From Cystobasidiomycetes sp. EMM_F5 (taxonomy: Eukaryota), in contig JBPGPT010000060.1 in the NCBI GenBank assembly GCA_051047955.1, positions 1 to 45,564 on the forward strand: a stretch of 45,564 nt of DNA, read 5' to 3'. Below, piece after piece: positions 37,661 through 45,564 of the stretch (position 1 is the stretch's first letter; each line of letters opens with the position of its first letter). Both the position numbers and the translations under genes were made by a program. The notes beneath the pieces were generated by a model. That model was given only the letters and a program-made list of their open reading frames with translations, was not told the origin of the DNA and did no database searches.

Positions 37661-40022
37661 ATGGCAGACACGACGACGACGACCAAGACTGGCAGTGAAG
37701 CAGCAAATAATGCAAATAATCAAACTGCCCCCAAACCAAAGGCTGGCACAAAAGACGCTGGCATCGTCGAGAGCGTGGTAGCGACAGCGAAGCGGTACAT
37801 TCCAGGACTCGGCGAGGACAAGGGCAGTGCTGCAGCTGGTAAAAGTCGAGCTCGCAGCGGGAAAAAGAAGCAGTCCAATACTCAAAGTGCCGATATTGCC
37901 AACGCTGAGGACCCAGCACTCGCTACGGCACTCGTAGACCACGCCCCGTCCTCTGCAGAGCTCCCAGACAGTCTCCTAGATCATGGTAATACTGCCCCGT
38001 CCAAGCGGCCAGCTCCTCTGACGACTGGAAACGGTAATGGAGCTGGAAACGAGCTCACAAACGAAGAGCTCGCTGCCTTGGAGCAAAAGAGGTTCTCGCC
38101 CACAGCCATCCTCCAGAAGAGACTAAAGGCCAACAGCAAGAAACTGGTGCGCTTGGTTTGCTCCTGATGAACGGGATTTGCGCGAGCTGAGATGGGATAC
38201 GTCGACAGCAACGGATTGCAACCTACGAGGAGCAATCCGCAGCCCTCAACGAAGACCAGAAGAAGGCACTCGCTACGAAACCAGCTCTGGAAGCACTCAC
38301 GAAGGAGCACAAGGAGCTCATAAAGCTGTTTGAGGTGTGTAGCACGAACGCTCAGACCTTCCGTGTGGAGCAGGTCTGCACCACACGCTACGGCAGGCTC
38401 ATGCATGCTACATTGTACTGATCATGTCGCACTGCTACGCTCGCAGGACGAAGAAGCCGAGGACGACAAGCTGACCGCCAAAAAGAACAAGTATCAAGAA
38501 AAGCAGGTTCAATTGCGCATCCAACAAGCGCTGTCAGCAAACGAGGTGAGCAAGCCTCTCCAAAACGGTCCATCATACGCAGTGTATTCACGCATCACCT
38601 TCTGTTCAGGCCCACGTCCAAAACGACCTCACCTTCTTGCTCCAGTTCCTGCACCTGTACTCCCTCTTCAACACCTCGCAGTCTGGCTTTGCCCCACCAA
38701 CACTTCCTCCCGTCGTCGCAAACGCTACCGGGCAACAACATGCAGCCGTCCAGACTCTCTTCCACTCTCTTGCCGATGGTCCGCTGTTTGGCGGTGTGAG
38801 CGCAGCCAGTGCAGGCAGCCACGATAATGGAGATGCCGTCAGTCAGATCAAGGCACTCAATTCTGGCTCGAGCAACAGCATCATCGAAGGCGTCTCGTTT
38901 GCCGACATCAAGCAGATGATTCTCGACCTGACTGCTCCTCCAAGCGAAGTTCCAGGAGGTCACGAGCTGCCAGAGTCTGATGTTCCGTCCGCTTCGCACG
39001 TAGATTCGACATCTCAGCCGCCTCTCGCGGCCGCAGATGCTCCGGCACTTAACTTTATGCAAGCTTCAGAGATTGAGCCAGATCGATCTGCCAATAACGA
39101 AGATGCGATGGCTGCTGCAGCTGCAGCAAAAGACAAACCAGAACATCAGGCTGCTATCGAGACTGTGTCACGAGCTGCTACACCAGGCTTTGGCAGCCAG
39201 ACACCCATTCTGGAGAAATCGGTCGCTCAAGCTGAACATCCGTCGGTCAATCACGCTCCCCAAAAAACGCAAGGCTGGGAAGAACCGGCCGGCCTGACCC
39301 AGGATAAGCTTCCGGCCAAAGATGGATGGGAATCAGTAGGGCGATATTGACGTCTATTCGTGTATTGCCTGACTGCTGACTACTACTTTTGTAATGACCA
39401 GATGACCTCAACCGAACCTATCAAGAGCTGGGCAGACGAGGTCGAAGAAGCCACACCCAGCAATCCGTACACTGCCACGGCTGAAGTTCCGACAGAAGTT
39501 CAGTCTGGCGAGACTGGAAATGCTTTGGCGGGTGCACTGCCCAACGGCGGCCGAAGAGGTGATGGACGTGGTCGTGGCAGAGGTGGCCGTGGCCGTGGAG
39601 GCGAGTTCCGAGGACATTCTGATGGACAAAACTTCCGTGGACGCGGTGGACCTCATCGTGGTGGAGGTGGACGAGATATGGAGAATGGCGGAACTTGGCG
39701 CCGCGGAGGTGCAAGCGAGCACCATGATGGCAGTCGTGAAGCTATCGGAGCGGCAGTAGCAAGGGTAGCGGAAGCCAACGGCCCAGCTGCTGGTACTACT
39801 GTGGCCGATGACGGCTTTACTCAAGTTGCTGGCCGACATAGCGGAGGACATAGCCGTGGCAGAGGTGATCATCACCATCATCGGGGAGGAAGAGGACAAT
39901 TCAGAGGTGACTTCAGAGGAGGAGAGCGTAGAGGAGGCGAGCAGCACCCTGGCGGGAGTCGAGGTTCCGCAAGACCTCCCCGAAATCCTGAAGCTCAGGC
40001 TGCAGCCAGTCCGTCAGCTTGA
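37661..40022 (+). CDS. Caprin-like RNA-binding protein (coiled coil plus C-terminal RGG boxes)
   Basis: Spliced LQKRLKANSKKL-QRIATYE...LNEDQKKALATKPALE (like Caprin HR1), LLQFLHLY, LNFMQASEIE, SWADE, DDGFTQV and multiple RGG/GRG repeats. The CDS is secure; the family call is inferred. Confidence 0.65.
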
Positions 40023-40296
40023 ATCTTAGTACAAATGTGCTGCTAGAGTAAAACAAGACTACCGAAATCCAAAAAGGCAGTTGATGTCAAAATGCTCACT
40101 CAACATCAAGAGGTAGCTTCCGTGCAGATGTCTGTATGCATGAGCTCGCAGTCTTGTGTAGCTAAATTTTTCAGCTTACGGAAAAACGTCCGCTTCTCGG
40201 CTATTGCATTGCGCATACTCGTGCTTCACTTTATTGTAATTTGACAACAAACTGACATGCAGGAACTACTAATTACGGTACGAGATGACGAAAGCA

Positions 40297-43200
40297 TCAT
40301 AGAATCTGCAGTCCCTCGGAAGCGATTAATTTGAGGAACTCTTGAGCCAAATCTTGTGGTACTGCCTCGACGAGTGGGCCGATTTTGCCTGGATTCGCTC
40401 GACTGCACTCACTTAGCGCACGGGCCATGTACGTTCCTGAATCATGAATGTCGGGCAAAGTATCGCGCCGAGCGGGCTCAGATGCTCCAAGTTTGGAGAA
40501 TGAAGCTTGGTAACCTGATTCTTCCAAGTCGGCAATGTGAATGACCTCATCATCTCCAGCGCCGGTTGTCGCCAAATCCCTGGGCAGCAGGAATAGGCGC
40601 AAAAATGTCTCAAATGTAGCAGGCCTACACACGGTGGCCGTGTCAGTCCAGATTGGTACACGTGTAATAAAGATCAAGTGCGCACCAAGCAGAAACGCCG
40701 CCATTGAGCATGTTTGAGCTTTTGGTGAGGAGATTAGCCAGTCCTACGGTGACGATCTTGCGATCTTTTGGCGCGGTTTTCTGAATGTCAGGAAGCATCT
40801 TCTCGAGCATCTTGATGAAGAGCCTGTTTATTCGCGAGACCATGTGAGCGTTTTACACAAGCGTCTTCGATCGTCTCTTCAACTCACCCTGGCTGCAGGC
40901 TTTCCAGCTGTTGGTAAATCTCATCTGCCCCCAAGCCGGGCTTTTGGGTGGCTATTGGTAGCAGAAGCGCTCTCACGAAGGACTCGGTAAACCGTGGAGT
41001 CTTGCTCTGCGTTAGACGGGTCATGAGCAGAACGAAGATATCTCGCAAATACGGCTGTAAGCTTGACCTAGCAAGCAGAACAAAGTCAGTAGCGAGTCAA
41101 AGTCCGAAATAGGCTAGGCGACGCACGAAGGGATATCTTGGAACAAGCCTTCGACCAATTCGCATCCATTCGGGTCGTTCGCCTTCGATTGCAAAAGGAA
41201 GCGAACGATGTCCTTGATCCGATCGAGTTGTCCGGTCGATACGATAATATTGGACCCTTTCTCGAGAAAGGCACGCAACAGGCGGACGAGTGCAGGAATA
41301 TTGCCTCTGTTGTTGATCCACAGACTTGCATCCATCACGGGCGGGATCAGAGCCTCGTATGCCGCCGGCAGCGTACCCGGCTGGTGGAGCTCGAGTAATT
41401 GTGACAGTATTTGAAAAACGAAAGGTGAGAATTCGGCAATGTCCTGAGCAAGAATGTACTGGAAGGGCGGGAAAAGGGCTGCCTCGAATTCAGGCAGCGT
41501 CGATGGAGTACCGGCGACCACGAATCTGATCATGCATGCGAATATGTTTGCTCAGCCTGAGATCAGGTTTTGCAAGATGCACGGCTTACCGAACTAGGGC
41601 AGACATGCTCTCAAATGTATAGTGGCTGAATTTTGGATTACTAGGGTTCTTGCTAATCTCGCCCATGATGTTGGTAAGATGTTGCAACACGACATTGTAT
41701 ATAGGCGTCATCGCTTGACGTGCGACGATAATGACTCGCATAACACCTGTATCGAAAGTGTCCTGTTTAGCCAGTTCCTGACATACACAAGTAAGGCTCA
41801 CATCGCATAAGCAGATCGTTCTTTGAAATCTCCTCCGGAGTTGTGCCACGCTCGATAGTGGTGAACAAAGCTACAAGCAAGCTTTCGGCGAACGGCCTGA
41901 TGTCCGCTTGACCAAATCTGTTTAAAAATCCGTCAGCTCAGCTGGCTGGACGAGCGCCTCTTGGACCTCACAATAGGGTATTCTTCTGCTTGATGCTAAG
42001 TATTCGTTCAATCGTCATTGCAGCGTAGGAGTGGATGACGAAAGAGTCGTGTTGCAAAAGAGGCGATAGTATGGGAACAACTGACACCAATTGTTCTTTG
42101 GTGAGCTGACTACGGAAAGTGTACAAAAATTTGACGGCGTCCGCAATGATGATGGGATGCGGTTTGTTGGCAACATCGGCAGAGGCTTGTAAGTCTTGCA
42201 GGACGTGGTCTTCGAAGAATTGAACGACTCTGATGAGAGAATTTGTTGATGTGACACCTTGTTGAGCTGTGACTCCTCTTGCTGCAATTGATGTCAACAA
42301 GAACACAGCGGTATCCTTGTCTTTCCAGTGTGCTGCTTTGTCTGCGTTGTATCGCTGCAAATGAGCTTGTATGTACGTGCTAATGATTTCTGTTACGCGA
42401 GCTTCGAACTGGTCCATTAGCGCGCGAGTAAAGTCTGAAGCCGATTGTCTTCTGGTTTCCGCGTCTGCGCTCCATGCTGTTAATTACGCATTTTGGGCTA
42501 ACCGAGACAGAGACAATCTTACCTCCCGCAGTTTCCAGCAAATCCCGTCTGACATACTCAAACGGATCGTCCTCAAACATCTCTTCTTCGAAAGCTGATA
42601 CATAAGGCAGTCGCATTAATGCTATGCCGGCGTGGCAGAGGTGCTCACTTACGACGCAACGCCATATTGGGTAGAACTATCTTCTCGCAGAAGCTCTCCA
42701 GTACGCCGGGCCCTTCAAACATCGCCTTCTTACCGGGCATGCGGACTGAGACTGACAAAAAGCTAATGGCCTTGCTGACGAGCTGTAATGGCAGTTGAAG
42801 GTGAGCAGATGACCTTGAAGATATCGATAGCCGGCTGAAAGCAACCTACAATATCATACTTTACAGATTGACCCAAGCCCGTTAGCAATGTCCACGTAGT
42901 CTCCACAAACTGCTCCATCATGGTAAACTCTTCCAAGTATTTCTGGGTGTACAGCTGCGCAATTTCGCATATACTTGCTCGAACCTTCTCGAGCGGCCCA
43001 GCTTCATCTTCATCGTCATCGCTCACGAGTTCTGGCCTGGACCACGTCAGGTATTTGTGGAGGAGAGCCATACAGGGGACAATGTTAGTTTCGAAGAATT
43101 CAGGCAAGTCCTGGCAGTTGAGATCGTAGAATATTTGCAACAGTAGGAGGAGTGTACGCGAAAGAGTTGTTGGATCTGCGGGAGACGGCATGGTTTGCGG

Positions 43201-44041
43201 AGCTGATAGCAGCTGATCCGTTCTCTGCATTCGTAACGAAGCCTTGTCAGCAATGAGCATGGAGATTGAACATGCCGCAATATACCTGAAACAGCCCCAT
43301 GAATGGCTCGCAGAACCGCTCCAAGACGTACTTGATTTCGAGAAACAGCTGATCTGATCTGAATTGCGACCTCCATCTGTGTGCTGTACTTTAGCAAGGC
43401 TCCTGAATGCTGCGTCTGTGAAGACAGATGCCCACCTCCTGAATATCGCGTGGGCGGTCTGCAGCACGGCGTTGTTGACGATGAAGTTGTCTTGCGTAAA
43501 GTTTGCCACCAGTTGCTATCAAGAGTCTCGTCAGAAAGCGCAACCTGCTTGAAGCGGATAAAGATATGCTCACATCCACCAAATCCACCCATTCGTAAGG
43601 AAAGTCTGCTTCTGCCACGACTGCAATAGCTTCGCCGACTTGAACTTGAATATTTGGTACTCCAGACAGCTGGATCATGACTTGGACGATGCCAGCTTTG
43701 AGCGGCGCCCTGTCCGCATCCGGCACCGGGAATGGAGATGGTTCCTCATCGTTCTAACGCGGTCAGAGTACTTCCTTCAGCCGTATATCCCAATGTGCCT
43801 GACTGGTGTCGAATGAAGAATAAAAACATACAGACGCCCAGCCTTCGCGGATGTAGTTCTTGAAGGCTACCGCAGAAGCTTGCCGTACAGCCTTGTCGAA
43901 GCCGTCGGACTGGGCGAGTTCGAGCGCCGTCTGGCTGAAACCTGGGCTCGTTTTGAGCTGCTCGAGCTGCCTTTCCGCTCCTCTGCGCTCTGCAGGACTG
44001 GGCGACAGCGACGTCTGAAGCAGAGCTGCGAGCTGTTGCAT
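40297..44041 (-). CDS. CSE1: Importin-alpha export receptor Cse1/CAS (exportin-2)
   Basis: IBN_N domain (AERRGAERQLE...VRQASAVAFKNYI), IAVVAEADFPYEW, FYDLNCQDLPEFFE, EEMFEDDPFEYVRRDL, WKDKDTAVFL, ISKNPSNPKFSHYTFES, EFSPFVFQILSQLLE, GNIPALVRLL, EESGYQASFSKL. Confidence 0.96.
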
Positions 44042-44369
44042 GGTGTGGGCAGGATTGCAGAGTTGGCAGAAAGATCAAAGAGAAGTTGCGACTTGTTTGA
44101 TATATTTTGGACTGATCAACGGTCAATGGCTCTTTCCTTCGCTCCATTCGCGCAAGCTTCCATTGATTCAATGCAGTACACGCTCGCATTGCCATGGCCT
44201 TGCATTCTGACAACGTCCCGTTCAAATACCCCGGAGCGCTTCCTTGAGCGATGCAGACTAACGACGAAAGGGAACATCCTGATGTCGCTGATGAAACGGG
44301 AGACGCAAACTGACCTTTCTGATCCATTCAATCGCTTACGCTCGAATTGATCATCGTAAATACCACACC

Positions 44370-45564
44370 ATGCCGCGATATCGTAGTCGCTCTGGCAGCC
44401 AGAGAGGATACACCCTGATAGCCCTATGCACACTGACATGTGCAAGCACGCTGGCCGTGCACGCAGCAATACCCTCTTGCTTTACTGAGAAGTGTATGCC
44501 GTACGTACCGGGTGAGTGCAACGCAGCCTCCGCTTAGACGAGACCTGACCGCCTCTTGACAGATTGTCAAGGCGATCAAGGTGGAACGGGATGTGTCTCG
44601 TACAGCTGCGCTGCAGCGTGCTTGACTACTGTTTGTGCAGACCTTCCCGATACAACTGGCGCAGACTGGTACTGCATGAAGAAGCGTGACGGAGGCGATG
44701 TGACAAGCACGCCAATGTCGCCAAATCATCTAGTCAAACGTCAAGACAAGGTGGACATCGATTCTGCAATCGCTGCACCCACATCAGTTCACAACAAGCG
44801 CAGTGGATCGCACACAAACGCCAAACGTGCTACTCTGCCTGCTTGCTATACCTCGCAATGTCTGACCAAAGTGCCTGGTAAGTTGACACTATTGCCCTCT
44901 CGTGTGCCAGATGGACTGAGCACATCACGATACAGAATGCAAAGGCGACCAAGGAGGCACTGACTGTTTGTCGGCTCCGTGCATAAGAGAATGCTCCCAC
45001 GTCTACTGCACAAATAGTGCCGCAGGCGAAGTACGGGCACTCTCGGATGCGGAATGCCCACACCCAGAGTACGCATCCTTCTTTGGATCATCAGCTGCAG
45101 GAGCCATGGCGGGCTACGATCGTCTGCGCCGTCGACAAGAGGACGGCTTGCTGCCAATCCCTTCGGAAGGATACATTGCGAAGCGTCAAATTGTTTCTCA
45201 ACCTCTATCTGACCCGGAGCCAACCCTTCTGAAGCGACAAGATGGTGGAGACGGCTTGCCGGCTATCGCGTCTGAGGGCACCATTGCCAAGCATCGTCGC
45301 GATGACGGCGTAGCGGGCACCTATGGGACTGGCGGCTCAAACACTTATGTCGGTGATCCAGGAGAGGGCTACACGATCGTCCGCGCGAAACGGCAAGATG
45401 ACGGAGATGCATTGCCGGCTATCGCGTCTGAAGGTACAATTGCCAAACGTCAAACTGCCTCTCACCTTCTGTCCCACCCGAAGCCAACTATATTGAAGCG
45501 ACAAGATGATGGAGACGGCTTGCCGGCTATCGCGTCTGAGGGCACCATTGCCAAGCATCGTCGC
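44370..45564 (+). CDS. Secreted Kex2-processed repeat polyprotein (two 8-Cys domains plus short peptide repeats), truncated by the window end
   Basis: Exons 44370-44511, 44563-44877 and 44936->end splice in frame. Signal-like MPRYRSRSGSQRGYTLIALCTLTCASTLAVHA, Cys domain 1, KR-delimited spacers, Cys domain 2, then KR/RR-delimited repeats of Q(D)DGDGLPAIASEGTIA. No stop before 45564. Confidence 0.85.
45130..45564 (+). repeat. Coding peptide repeats with a 264-nt higher-order period
   Basis: 45230-45300 and 45494-45564 differ at one base (ggt/gat). Related sub-repeats lie at about 45133-45186 and 45391-45450. Confidence 0.92.

Noticed and set aside
45130..45564. Direct repeats with spacers as a CRISPR array or LTR
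   Set aside because: Eukaryotic context; the repeats keep one reading frame, encode KR-delimited peptides, and their spacers are related to each other.

Overview
Gene-dense, intron-rich fungal DNA. Introns are short (mostly about 50-130 nt), GT-AG, with CTRAC/CTGAT-type branch points; a basidiomycete origin is my inference from the protein sequences. Conserved genes in order: lactonase beta-propeller (-), XRN2/RAT1 (+), class III alcohol/formaldehyde dehydrogenase (+), Vfa1-like (+), RNA polymerase III largest subunit (-), intron-containing tRNA-Thr(CGT) (-), HOP2 (-), MutY (+), a BEACH-WD40-FYVE protein (-), UGO1 (+), an unknown Ser-rich protein (+), a Caprin-like RGG protein (+) and CSE1 (-). 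Four things stand out. (1) A family of small secreted Cys-rich peptides: three tandem 10-Cys genes at 8.5-10.8 kb and a divergent copy at 19.4-19.8 kb. (2) A secreted Kex2-type polyprotein at the right edge, with two 8-Cys domains and a hierarchical array of short peptide repeats. (3) A tRNA gene ending only 92 nt upstream of the Pol III largest-subunit start codon on the same strand, a possible autoregulatory circuit. (4) An NPL4 copy with a near-pristine 5' part and a decayed 3' part. All gene models were spliced by eye and family calls rest on recalled motifs; no searches were run.
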